DNA from: Eledone cirrhosa
Taxonomy: Eukaryota
Assembly (NCBI GenBank): GCA_964016885.1
Contig: OZ024744.1
Span: 61,256,001-61,320,000 of the forward strand
Direction of reading: 5' to 3'
DNA: 64,000 nt
The notes beneath the pieces were generated by a model. The model did not search any database. It saw nothing but the letters and a program-made list of their open reading frames with translations, and was not told the DNA's origin. Positions 12,719 to 25,029 of the stretch are shown here, piece by piece (positions within the stretch are counted from its first letter, which is position 1; every line of letters starts with the position of its first letter). The position numbers and the translations under genes are program-made.

Positions 12719-13196
12719 CATTGTTATATCGAAGCTGTTTATCCTATCTTCTTACCCAGTAGCTATTTTCAAATTTTATGATAGCCCTAGCCACTGACCT
12801 ACATTGGTTAAAGACACCAGCTTATCTTTACACTAGATATAATACACCCCACGACAGTTTTTACATGTCAATTTTATACATCTGCCTCATGTCAGCTAGT
12901 TTTACACGCTAAAAAATCGTAGATATACTATACTTCCCACCTAGATTGATATTGTGATTATTTCAAATAATTTATTGCTAACATTGTTGATATTGTTGTT
13001 ATTGTTCTGACTGAATGCCATTACTACTACATATAGTAGCCATGCCTGTATATTCTTTTCATTCTCACAAGCTCCGATGAACTGACTGGTTATAACTTTG
13101 TATTGGCGATCGAGTAACGTGAAAATAAGTGGATAGCGATTGAGAGCAATGAGATTAAAAACCTTTTTTGTATTGCAAACCATGTCACTCTTCTTT

Positions 13197-13231
<35 letters not shown>

Positions 13232-13299
13232 CATACATACAGTGTGTGTGTGTGTGTGTGTGCGTGTGTGTACATACACACAACCACCACCACCACATT

Positions 13300-13500
13300 T
13301 AGGTGAAGATGTGTCAGTGGTTCTAAGTGAAAGGAATCACAGATGATGAAGGAAGAGCTAGACAGACGTGGTGAAAGCTGATTTCAGCATACTAACCTCA
13401 CAGAGAAAATGACAAAAGAGAGCAACAAGAAGCAACATGTTTTGGAGAAGGACCAATCAAGTATAGAAAAACAGACATAAAAAATGATTATGATGATAAT
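13300..13500 (+). mobile_element. Old RTE 3' remnant
   Basis: Degenerate match to the subfamily B end, finishing aaaaatgattatgatgat. Confidence 0.5.
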
Positions 13501-14367
13501 ACACACAGACGTCTTTGTATATGGAGAATAGCATTTCTATTAAACACATTACAAAAAATATATCTATGCTGAAGTTGTTAGTTACATTAGTTCTTGTATA
13601 TCTGTATTAGTTCTTTATAATGTCTGGTAACAAATCTGGTGAAATGACATTGGTACATCACTTTCATAACTACTATGACTGGATACATAATACCAATAAC
13701 CATATACACGTGCACACATACATGCTCCCACAGACAGACATACAGACGTGCAGACACACGCACACAGACATGCAGACAGAGACACTTCTAGATAATTGAA
13801 CTACTGGTTAATTGTAGCAGCCAGTTAGCAAGAACAAAACTTAGAGCAGATAACCCAAACTAAGAAAAGTACTATAATCTGTTTCCTTTATTTGGTGTTG
13901 GTGTCAAATTGATTAATTGGGGGCAGAACTGAGAAACTTAATTGTATAATTAGTAATTCTATCCTAAGAATAGATTTGTCAAATGACTTTGATTGAAAAG
14001 GATAGTCATAATGTTTTAACCCTTTCATTATCATATTTCTAATGAAATACACTTTATTTCAATTAATTAAAGAAAAATTTGGAGAGATTTACTGAAATTA
14101 ATTATTTCCTTATTACAATGGCATTGGTTACATAACAAAAACATCATATTGTTAGATTTCAAGAGCTATACATGTAGGTGTATGTGGTGCTTTCCCAAGC
14201 AAGAGTGCATGGGTTGGATGGGTCTTTTTCAGCACAACTTCCTTCCACCTACTGCATTTCTTTGTCATCTACTCTAATTGTCTCAGTATTTTGGGATCCA
14301 CTTCCACCACTTCTGGGAGGTTGTCATGTCTATGGCATATATATATGTGGTGGTGGTTGTGTGTGTG

Positions 14368-14460
<93 letters not shown>

Positions 14461-14462
<2 letters not shown>

Positions 14463-15172
14463 AATCAGGAAAGAAGAGTGACACGGTTTGCAATACAAAA
14501 AAGGTTTTTAATCTCATTGCTGACAATTATTTCTCTCAATCGCTATCCGCTTATTTTCACGTTACTCGATTGCCAATACAAAGTTATAACCAGTCAGTTC
14601 ATCGGAGCTTGTGAGAATGAAAAGAATATACAGGCATGGCTACTATATGTAGTAGTAATGGCATTCAGTCAGAACAATAACAACAATATCAACAATGTTA
14701 GCAATAAATTATTTGAAATAATCACAACATCAACCTAGGTGGGAAGTATAGTATATCTACGATTTTTAGCATGTAAAACTAGCTGACACGAGGCAGATGT
14801 ATAAAATTGACATGTAAAAACTGTCGTGGGGTGTATTATATCTAGTGTAAAGATAAGCTGGTGTCTTTAAACAATGTTGGTCAGCAGCTAGAAGGACCAT
14901 CATAAAATTTGAAAATAGCTACTGGGTAAGAAGAGATAGGATAAACAGCTTCGATATAACAATGGGATCAAATGACTCTGCGCAAATCACTGACATCGTG
15001 GGGCTATTCATAGCACACAACCTACATAAGGAATTCAGTAACCTCTAAGGAGGGATTTATAGAGACGATACGCTCCTTATAGCTAAGAACTTAAACAACC
15101 AAAGCATGGAAAGATTAAGAAAAAACATTAGAACATTCTTCAAAAAACTAGGCCTAAGTATTTCCTACGAAT
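14461..15172 (+). mobile_element. Second partial copy of the Naiad-type PLE (inverted pLTR plus RT core fragment)
   Basis: Reverse complement of about 12150-13200 without the Tx1 insert; encodes FDITMGSNDSAQ...*GGIYRDDTLLIAKNLNNQSMERLRK. Confidence 0.85.
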
Positions 15173-15440
15173 TTGAGGTGGTGTGCAGGAGAGAAGACTG
15201 TTGGTTTGGACATGTGATGCGCATAGACCATGAGTGTTGGGTGAAGTGCCAGGAAATGCCAGTGGAAGGAAGCCACAGTAGAGGTAGACCAAGGAAGACC
15301 TGAGGAGAAGTAGTGAGAGCTGACCTCAAATCACAAAGTCGATGACAAAGGATCACAACGTGTAGAGAGATGTCATGCTAAGAAGTACCTATCCAATTCA
15401 TGCAAGCATGAAAAAAACCAGATGTAAAAATGAGGATTAA
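15173..15440 (+). mobile_element. RTE subfamily B 3' fragment abutting the PLE fragment
   Basis: WFGHVMR...CQEMPVEG..RGRPRKT, then a catgcaagcatgaaaaaa tail. Confidence 0.75.
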
Positions 15441-17112
15441 GAGCAGCATGCAGCCATATAAACCAAGCCAAAAAAAAAAAAAAAGGGGTTGAGAAGACTT
15501 CAGCAGTGTCAAAGACACGAGAAGCTCCCTTATGCTAGTGAGCCACATAATAAATAACCACCCAGTATACTTCTGTAAAGTGGTTGGTGATAAGAAGGGA
15601 ATCATGTGGGTGTACACAAGTACTTAGAGATAGGCATTTTTGTCTACACAGTTTTTTTATAACAGTACTTAAGTTGACCCTAAAGAGTAGCCATCAGTGC
15701 AATATTCTTCAATATAACAATTTGATGTAGTATTTAAGTGCTTCTATATCAATATGCATAGCAGCGAATTTGTAAAGTTGTTAGAATGTCGGATAGAAAA
15801 CCCTGCTGTATTTGTGAAAAAAAATACCAGTTCAGTATTGAGGTCAATTCTTCCTCTATATTTTTTTTCTCAGTTCCTCTATCACTCTCTCCTTGTCTGT
15901 GTTCAAACCTGGAGAGATGTGTTCCATCAGGTTTTTAAAAATACCCAAGAAATGCCATGTATCACTATAGCACTATGACTGCCAGAAGTTACAATCCATA
16001 TATACATATCAATATAGGTAGGTATGTATAAGCTACTATGGCTGTACATATGCTGGCATTTATATGTATGTAGGATACCTATATGGAGGTATATATCATC
16101 ATCATTTAACATCCCCTTTCCACGCTAGCATGGATTAGACCGGTTGTCCCATTTGTGGCAAGTTGGGTCAAGTGACCCTGTCTTGCTATTAGAACTGTCT
16201 GGCTAGATTCCTACAGCTGGATGTCCTTCCTAAGACCAACCACATTTACAGTGTGTGCTGGGTGCTTTTTGTCGCAACACCTACATGACTACTTTACAGT
16301 GTGGGCTGTGTATATATATATATATGTCTGTGTTCTGAGAGATATATGTGAATACCTACACACAAACACTGCTTTTTGCCATAGATATATCCACTTTGCT
16401 ATAGACGTGTGTGTGTGTGTATGTGGATACATAAGTGTCAATATTTAATTCAGTGGCTCCAATTAAGTATTGACATAATCTGTGATGAACTTTTCAACTC
16501 TTGCTAAAAGTGAAAGCAGACATAAAATGATGACATACATATATGCATTTATATTTATTCAACATTTCATTGAGCAGGTATGGTGCAACAAGGTCAATTA
16601 TTGTATATCAACCTAAATTGTTATATTTCTATTCTGGTTTATGAGTGAACTAATTTTAACATTCATGCCTTCATATCACAGTCCACCGACTCTTGCATCG
16701 TTACTGTGGCTGCCACAATAATTGCAAGCGGAGTTTTAGTCATGACTAACTTTATTGTGGATGGTAGATATCTTGACTAACTAGTAAGATGGTGTACTGA
16801 TGAGAGTTATCTTACCATTATTAAATCAATAATTAGTAAAGTTAATTCATGGAGCTTCACTAAACAATGCTGTATAAGCTTCAAAGAATGGTGATTTACT
16901 AATGTAATGTAAGTAATATGCTTAGTATCTCTATTATTTAGCCTAGTTCTATGTTATATATTTGCCTGATATTAAAATATGTTGTCTCCATAACATTATC
17001 TTTTATGAGTGTACTCTGATTAATAGGGTTTTTTTTTTTTATTCGCGTCAACCTTTCATTGAGCAGTTATGGTACAGCCAGGTGAAAATTATATATCGAT
17101 TTAAATTATATA

Positions 17113-17416
17113 TCATCATCATCATCATCAACGTTTAACGTCCGTGTTCCACGCTTGCATGGGTTTGGACGGGGGTTTTCCCACTCGAGGCAAGAGTGAT
17201 TATCTTGCTCGCATAGGACTATCTGGCGGGTTTTCTACAGCTGGATGCCCTTCCTAACACCAACCACATTTACAGTGTGGGGCTGGGAGGTTTTTACCGT
17301 GTTGCCTACACGGCCACATTACAGCGTGAACTCTGTTTTTTTTACGCGACACCTACACGATCTCATTTGTTTCGGCCTGGATGTTGTGGCACCAACATAA
17401 CTTTACATTGAAGGGA
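17113..17416 (-). mobile_element. RTE subfamily A 3' UTR-only insertion
   Basis: (CAT)n followed by the reverse complement of the RTE 3' UTR. Confidence 0.85.
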
Positions 17417-17585
17417 TATATATATATATATATTATATATATATATATTAAAGAGTTAAAGATTCAATGAGTACATCAAAGAATGAGTTTTACAGCAGAT
17501 TGGAAGCACTCTACAAAAAATATTTTCCAGAGTTATTAATATTAATTCAAATATTAACAAAATAGATATTCTTGTGATCCATTAA

Positions 17586-17651
17586 ATTTTATTATACATA
17601 TTTCAGAGGTACTTGAATCAGGTTCAACAGTACGTCTTCATCAGATAAAAT
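17586..17651 (-). ncRNA. Minimal type I hammerhead ribozyme with canonical core
   Basis: Minus strand reads auuuuau CUGAUGA agacguac-ug-uugaa ccuga uucaa-guaccucu GAAA U AUGU AUA | auaaaau; stems I and II pair, and stem III is a single pair plus a tetraloop. Confidence 0.75.
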
Positions 17652-17747
17652 AAAATGATACATGACATACCCTGACATGTTAGATGGTTAAGATTTAATC
17701 AAGGTAGTGATTAACTTATGAGAAAACTCAATATTTATACCCTAATA

Positions 17748-17958
17748 ATGGTTTCTTATATAAGGCCAGTAATTTGGGGGAGGGGAAAGTCGATTAAATC
17801 GACCCCAGTGCGTGACTGGTACTTTATTTTATCAACCCCCGTAAGGATGAAAGGCAAAGTTAACCTCGGCGGGATTTGAGCTCAGATCTTAAAGAGCCGT
17901 AACTCTTTACTACAAAGCATGGCGTTCGACCCTCTACCGATACTGCCAATCCACTGCC
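17748..17958 (-). mobile_element. Full-length tRNA-derived SINE family 1 with a 21 bp TSD
   Basis: A box tggcagtatcgg, B-box-like gagctcaaatccc, core gcctttcatccttacggggg..gataaaataaagtaccag; TSD ctcaatatttataccctaata at 17727-17747 and 17959-17979. Confidence 0.88.
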
Positions 17959-19080
17959 CTCAATATTTATACCCTAATATTGAGAACATGTGAAAACATA
18001 ATAGAATCAATAGAGAGAGTGTGATTAAGAAAAACATTGCCTTAATGCAACAGTTATAGAGTTTTTAAAGTCTGAACTACTATAGGACTATAGAGGAAGA
18101 CGTATCTGGAGTTATAATTTATTTAGTTTTTAGCTTGAGAATGCAACCGACATATAATTAAAGGGAGGGAGAGATAAAGGGGAGTAATTTATGCTCAAAA
18201 TTTCTTCGGACACATAAACATGTATAGCCTTGGCGGTTAAATTTCAAAATATTTAATTTGTTATTATAGGGTAAAGAATCAAAATTTTAGGTTTTAAAAG
18301 TTGATGGTTATTTGTATTAATTTTATAAATTTTATAAATTTCTAAAATTCAAAATTTTATGAAAACAAATTTAAAGGATTTACGAGACCCGCGAAAGAAA
18401 AATATATACTGTTCAATATTCTCACAAAGGTAATCGTTAACAAAATTACTTTTAACAGTGACAACATTTTCCATAAGTATAGTTTATGAAGTATTTACAG
18501 TTATAACTATCAAGGAATTTATTGTTAAATAGTTATAGTGCCTAAAGTATAATAATTAAACCAGAGTTTTCAGCTATATATATGTGTGTGCATTGATCAT
18601 AATAAGAGGACTATAAATTATTTTTTATTATTTGTTCATATATTATATTAAATCACTACATTAGTTCTACCTTCTAGGGAAGACCGAACTCTAATTATGA
18701 TTATTATACAATATAAACATTTGCACAAACTATATATAGAGAGATATACTAAGTATTAATGAGATGGTATACATTTAATAAAGAATAACGATTATAATCT
18801 TTGATAGTAGTTTCATACATGCATAACTACGATTGTGTTATTACATTAGATAAAGATATTTGCACAAACTATACTTTGATATACTAAATATTAATAAGAC
18901 AGTATATATCCAATAAAACATCGATTAAAAACACTGTTAGTAGTCTTACCTCCAGTTTATTGGAGATATAAACCAATATTTGTCTGCTAATATTGTTTGC
19001 TAAAAATACTTAAAATACATAAAAAACAAAGCCAACTTTCTGAGTCTTCAAAAACCATCCCCAAATGAGTAAAATAGACA

Positions 19081-19280
19081 CATCATCATTTCATTTTACG
19101 TTCGCTTTTTCCCTGCTTGCAAGGGTGAGACGGGAACTGATTCTGGCTCGATTTCTACAGCTGGATGCCCTACCTAACACCAACCTCATTTACAGTGAGT
19201 GGTGGGTGCTTTTTTGCTGTGGTACCTCCATTTGCCGTGGTACCTCCACTTTGCAGTGGAATGATAGGAAGACCCTATTG
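19081..19280 (-). mobile_element. 3' part of SINE family 2 (RTE-derived tail)
   Basis: Matches about 32984-33190. Confidence 0.75.
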
Positions 19281-19494
19281 ATAATTATTAGGGTATAAAT
19301 ATTGAGTTTTCTCATAAGTTAATCACTACCTTGATTAAATGTTAACCATCTAACATGTCAGGGTATGGCATGTATCATTTTATTTTATATGATGAGGACG
19401 TTCTGTTGAACCCGATTCAAGTACCTCTGAAATATGTATAATAAAATTTAATTGATCACAAGAATATCTATTTTGTTAATATATACATGCACGG

Positions 19495-20000
19495 AAAAGA
19501 GAGCGAGAGAAAGAGAGCGAGAGAGAAAGAGCAAGAGAGGGGGAGAGAGAGAGGGGGAGAGAGAGGGGGAGAGAGAGAGGGAGGAGAGAGAGGGGGAGGA
19601 GAGAGAGGGGGAGGAGAGAGAGGGAGGAGAGAGAGGGAGGGGGAGAGATAGAGAGAAGGGGAGTGCGAATGGGGTGGGGGGCGATGTGGAGGGAGAGAGA
19701 GCGAGTGGGAGGGAGAGAGAGCGAGGGGGAGAGCGAGAGAGCAAGGGGTAGAGCGAGAGAGCAAGGGGTAGAGCGAGAGAGCAAGGGGTAGAGCGAGAGA
19801 GCAAGGGGGAGAGCGAGAGAGCGAGGGGGAGAGCAAGAGAGCGAGGGGGAGAGAGAGAGAGCGAGGGGGAGAGAGAGAGAGCGAGGGGGAGAGAGAGAAA
19901 GAGCGAGGGAAGGAGAGAGACCAAGAGAGAAAGAGGAGGAGAGAGATAGAGAGAGAGAAGGAGAGAGATAGGGAGAGTGAGGGAGAGAAACAGAGAGAGT
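19495..20000. repeat. GA-rich polypurine compound microsatellite with 20 bp higher-order units
   Basis: gagcgagagagcaaggggta repeated; the ORFs here are artefactual. Confidence 0.95.
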
Positions 20001-20011
20001 AAGACACGTAC

Positions 20012-20080
20012 CACTTCACAGCTATCGGAGCTATTCAAACTATGTTGACTTCCATGACCAGACAGCTTCCCTGAACGCGA
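20012..20080 (-). CDS. Candidate coding exon 4 of the host gene (SRSGKLSGHGSQHSLNSSDSCEV)
   Basis: Acceptor ttttatttgcag, donor gtacgt, 69 nt open frame, phase 0 to 0, compatible with the exon ending at 28722. Confidence 0.7.
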
Positions 20081-20534
20081 CTGCAAATAAAATTAATAAA
20101 ATCAAAATACAGAAATGAATAAGAACAACACACAAACTTTTTTTGTCAAGTTTTTTTTTCTGTTTCACTTGCATGAAAAGACTAATTACATCTCTAAGCT
20201 ACACCAAACTAGTATTTTCTGCATCTGTGTTAAATTACCAATTGTAAGGTCATGGGTTTGATCCTAAAAATTGAGAGTACATTGTGTTTTTAGTTAAGAC
20301 AATACATTTCACATTACTCCAATTCACTCAACTGAATAGATATGAATAGTTGAACAGCAGCTGTATGTTCATCTTGCACAGGCTGATGTCCATGCCAATG
20401 AAGAAACAAAGATAAGCTCTGGTTTGCTGAGCCATTAAGCTGAGATAGACATTAAAAGTGAAAGCCTAGTCTTTGTGAAGTAGTTTTAGCAATGTCTTAC
20501 AGAGAGTAGTTACAACTGTTTTGTGGTGGTAGCA

Positions 20535-20838
20535 CAGGGGTCCCCAACCCCCGGCCTGCAAAAGCCTTTATACTGCCTGCGATGGTTCTAAAAAGGGTAC
20601 AGTTTGCAATAAATTCGCACCCGATCTATCGATATTGCCGAATAAAACAATATTTAAATGTATTTTTCTGCTTGGGGCAGCTCTAAGTATCAATATTGAA
20701 TTTTGTTTCAAATCTAACATAAGGGATAAATAAATGTTTACTTATTTGTATATAAGTAGTATTAATTGTGCATCTGGCCCGCGGAGCCACCGCTGCATGG
20801 CTATCCGGCCCGCGGACCCAAAAGGTTGGGAACCCCTG
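20535..20838. mobile_element. hAT-type MITE
   Basis: TIRs caggggtccccaacc / ggttgggaacccctg; 8 bp TSD tggtagca / tggtagcg; internal ggcccgcgg repeats. Confidence 0.85.
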
Positions 20839-20910
20839 TGGTAGCGGTTTCATGGATAACAGAGAAATGTAGAAACATAACTTGGATAATCTCAGTAGCA
20901 GCAATCATTC

Positions 20911-23900
20911 ATCATCATCATCGTTTAATGTCCATCTTCCACGCTAGCATGGGTTTGGACGGGAATTTTCCCACTTGAGGCAAGATTGGTTGTCTTGCTC
21001 GTATAGGACTGTCTGGCGGGTTTTCTACGGCTGGATGCCCTTCCTAACACCAACCACATTTACAGTGTGGACTGGGTGGTTTTTACCGTGTTACCTATAC
21101 GGCCACATTACAGCGTGGACTGTGTTTTTTTGTTGTGACACCTACACGACCTCATTTATTTTGGACTGGATGTTGTGGTACAAACATAACTTTACAATGA
21201 AAGGGGTGGTGTAGATGGCGGTGAGAGTAGGGTTGGGACGGGGGTGTATTTTGGTTAAGAGGTGCTTACTGACTGTAGGTTTCGCTTTGTACTTAGGCAA
21301 GGTGGGTCTTCTGTATTACTGCATAGCGCCAAAGATCTCGGTCCAGAGACATTGTATTGGAGAGGTGTAAGTGTGTGAGGTCGGAATTCATCAAGTCGCC
21401 CAGGTTTTTCTGGGTCTGCCTACTCCGTGGCTACCGTCTATTTTTATCGCCCTGCACTTTTTTATACAGCTGTCGTCTTTCATACGCATCACGTGACCAT
21501 ACCAACGTGGTCTTCTCTCGACTAAGCAACATCTGATCCCTCTTATTCCTAATTTCTCCCTTAGTTCATTTATGCTTTGCCGTTCACGTATATTACTATT
21601 ACACATCCAACAGAGCATGCAAGCTTCGTTCCTCTCCAGTCTGCGTATATCCTCTGCACACAATGACCAAGTCTCAGTGCCATGTAACATTGCTGTTCAT
21701 ATGCAGGCATCATACAGCCTGCCTTTCATTTTTAGAGAGAAACCTTTAGCGGCCAATAGTGGTATAAGCTCTCTGAACTTTTTCCATCCCGTTCTGACTA
21801 GCTACTGTACTTTCAGAGCACCCTCGCCCACTGCTGATTTTGTCACCCAGGTAACGGAAGGTGTCCACTATTTCTATAGAACCATCTGTGCAATGGAATG
21901 AGCTAGTATTCTGTGAGCACTTGCTGCTACTTATTGCACCTGAGCACCAGCCACATAAAATCTATATTCTTAGTTAGCTTACCTGTGATCCCACTACATC
22001 TTTTATGCACCCATACTTTGCATTTGGGACATAAAAGGGAGTTTCTGCCTACTCCTTTCCTACACACTGAGCATGCCCATTTTCCAGATGGGACCAGTGC
22101 CCTATTTTCCTTCCTACAAAGTAGAACTTTAGTCTTAGATAGGTTAATTTTAAGGCCTTTTGATTCTAGGCCATGCTTCCATGTTTCGAATTTCTTCTCT
22201 AGTTCAGCCATTGATTCAGCTATGAGCGATAGATCATCTGCGTATAGGAGTTCCCATGGGCAGCCGGTTTTGACATCCTCTTTTATAGCCTGAAGGGCAA
22301 TAATAAATAGGATGGGGCCTAGGACAGAGCCCTGATCAACACCAACTTTTACACTAAACTCTTCACTATATTCGTTGTTAATTCTAACCTTGCTGACTGT
22401 TTCTTTATACATGGCTTGTATAACTCTCACAAGCCATTCATCAACACCTAGTTTTCTGAGAGCCCACCAGATAATGGGGCGTGGGACTGTCATAGGCCTT
22501 CTCCAAGTCAACAAAAGCTAAGTATAGGGGTTTACTTTTAGCTAGGTACTTCTCCTGTAGTTGTACAATGAAAAGAGCGTCTGTGGTATTTTTACCCGAC
22601 ACAAACCCGAACTGCATTTCATCTAGATCAATTCGCTCTCTGATTAGTTGCGCTATTACTTTTTCTGTGACCTTCATGACCTGGTCAACTAATTTAATAC
22701 TTCTGTAGTTTCCCCTATCTAGAGCATCCCCTTTACCCTTGTAGCAGTTAATGATGCTGCTGCTACGCCAGTCCTTCGGAACAACCCCATTCTGTATGAC
22801 TTGGTTTACTATCCGGGTGACCATAGTGTGTCCCACCATTCCAGATGCTTTCAGCATTTCAGCAACTATTTCCGAAGGCCCAGCCGCCTTGCCCGTCCTC
22901 ATATTTTTGATCGCCTTATTTATTATACTACCTTCAACTTGCACTGCTGGTCCCTCTATTGGATCGATGTGGGGGAGACTGTCTTTCTCCCATTTATTCT
23001 CATTTTGTAGCCTTTCGTAGTGACACTTCCAAGCTACCTTCTTATTAGCGTCAGTGATGGCAAGTACACCATCATCATTAAGGACACTTCTCCCCGACAA
23101 TATCATGGTTTTCCTTGACACATTGTCTAGCAATCCTGAACACCTCACGTTTTTGGTCCTCGCGTTGTAGAACATGCTTGAACTTTCTTTCCTCTGCTTC
23201 CTTTCTTGTGAAGTACACTTGTCTCCTAGCTTCCCTCCTGGCCACTTGATAGTCTTCTCTTCTTCCCCCATACTTTCCAAGCCTGCTTTTTGGCCTTAAT
23301 TGACTCCTCCACCTTACTGTTCCACCACCATGTTACTCTCCTCCTGCCTATAGGTCTGCTCCAGCCACAGACTTCAACTGTCGCCTTCAGCAGGTTAGCT
23401 TTCAGGAATACCCACTGTTCCTCTATATTGTACGACTAATTGCTCTTCCTTACTGTCAAAAGCATCAAGTAATATGCTTTTAAATTTATTACTGGCTGTG
23501 GGGTCCTTTAGCTTCCATATTTTTCTCCTGAGGATAGTCCTCCTCTGTTGTCGACTATGAGGTCGCTAATTATGAGTATGTTGGGAGGTGCATTCTTCAT
23601 GGGGGAGGGATTTAGTGTTTACAACAGACACTGTCACGTCTTCTGGTAAGGATATGATCTATCTGGCTGGTATGTTCCCCTGATCTATAGGTGATCAAGT
23701 GATTGTCTCGTCTTTTTGAAGTTAGTGTTACAGATAGTTAGGTTATTTGCATCACAGAATTCCGGGATTCTGGAGCCTTCCTCATTTCTAGTACCAAACC
23801 CATAGCCTCCATGGATTCTGTCATAGCCATCACAATGTTGTCCAACGTGACCATTTAGATCGCCAGCGATAATCATGTAGTCACTGTCGATTATTTGGGA

Positions 23901-24483
23901 GGTAGTGAGCATTAACGACTCATAGAATCTGTCTTTTATAACGCCAGGCAGTCCGGATTGTGGTGCATATGCAGATATTATTGTCACAGTAGTTCTATTG
24001 AGGACAAGTCTTATTTTAATTATTCTGTCGTTCACTATTTACGTCTATCTTATCTGCCCACTTTTCTGCTACCATGATTCCTACTCCACCCAGCCCATTG
24101 TCATTTTCCACCCAGAAAAGCTTATAGCATCGTCTTTTACCCACAATGAATCTAGCAGACCCACCCCTCCACCTGGTCTCTTGAATACAGCAAACATCGA
24201 CCTCCTTACGTTCAAGCGTTTCTACAACCTCGTTAGAGCGACCTTTTAAGGTGCCTACATTCATGGTACCAACTCTGAAGTTTTGGATTGCGTTTGGAGG
24301 GTGGGAACAGTGGGGCGGGGGGGGGGGGGTTATGTTAGCCATCCGCGGCCGAAATAAAGAGGAGGAATCCTTGCATTCTCGTCCAGCAGCATGAGGTGAA
24401 TTTGTCTTTATCTTTGGTATTGTCACTGAGTGTCCAGACTTTTTCTTTTCAAACTCTCCAGAATTCCATAGTCCATCCATCAT
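20911..24483 (-). mobile_element. Near full-length decayed RTE subfamily A LINE
   Basis: RVGTMNVGTLKGR, CIQETRW, IIAGDLNGH, full RT motif set (LLYADDL), (CAT)n tail; possible TSD atcattcat at 20904-20912 and 24484-24492. Confidence 0.92.
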
Positions 24484-25029
24484 ATCATTCATGATGATTA
24501 ATCTCAAGCCATATCAAATATTCCAAGTGCAGTGGATTGGTTGAATTGTTAGAGCATTAGATGAGATACTTTGTAGCACTTGGTATGACTGTGTATTCTG
24601 ACTTCATATCTTGCTTTCTATCACTGGAAAAGCAGTGACACTTTTGCTAAGTGTTGCAGTTAGCAGAGAGTATAAGCACTGGAAAGACTAATGGAAACAG
24701 TTTTCTTTGTCTGATCAGGAAAAAGTCAGTTTCTTTTTTTTTTGCTTCATCACTAGAGATGAAGTTAAAAGTTTAGAAAATTATAATTGTATTTAATATC
24801 TAACCAAGGATTCTTTTCATTTTACTTTCTGTTATGGTATGAAAAAGATATACTATATATAAGAGGGGTACTAATATTTCAAACAACAAGTGTGGTGGTG
24901 GCAGTGTTTTTAGTCTCAGGTCAGCTAGACCATGTAGAGACTTATGACAAAAGGCATTCCAGTCATGGCTATCCTGTCTTATTTAGAGTGTATCTAGGGC
25001 TATGCTAATGTCTTCATTCCTTTATGTTC

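Larger units (their letters stand above)
9975..13200 (-). mobile_element. Penelope-like element of Naiad type, 5'-truncated, with a 3' pseudo-LTR and an inverted 5' pseudo-LTR copy
   Basis: RT remnants FDITMGSNDSAQITDIVG, GGIYRDD, VNFLDV, SNHPKSI; CNCHLPGRC (CxCx5C) then GIY-YIG endonuclease (VY..YIGST..FK); 9975-10408 is the inverted repeat of about 12795-13200. Confidence 0.85.
17551..19483. mobile_element. PLE-like element bounded by ~200 bp inverted repeats, each carrying a hammerhead motif
   Basis: 17551-17749 is the reverse complement of about 19286-19483; AT-rich interior with no clear ORF; two SINE insertions inside. Confidence 0.7.

Noticed and set aside
15720-15980. Possible further host exon
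   Set aside because: Splice signals are weak and no convincing open frame is present; more likely old repeat debris.
16797-16855. CTGATGA followed by an imperfect long stem
   Set aside because: No GAAA box follows the stem; at best a heavily decayed motif.
19448-20011. ER-rich and SL-rich ORFs (also at 38780-39029 and 52765-53518)
   Set aside because: GA microsatellite translations; only 20012-20080 has exon features.
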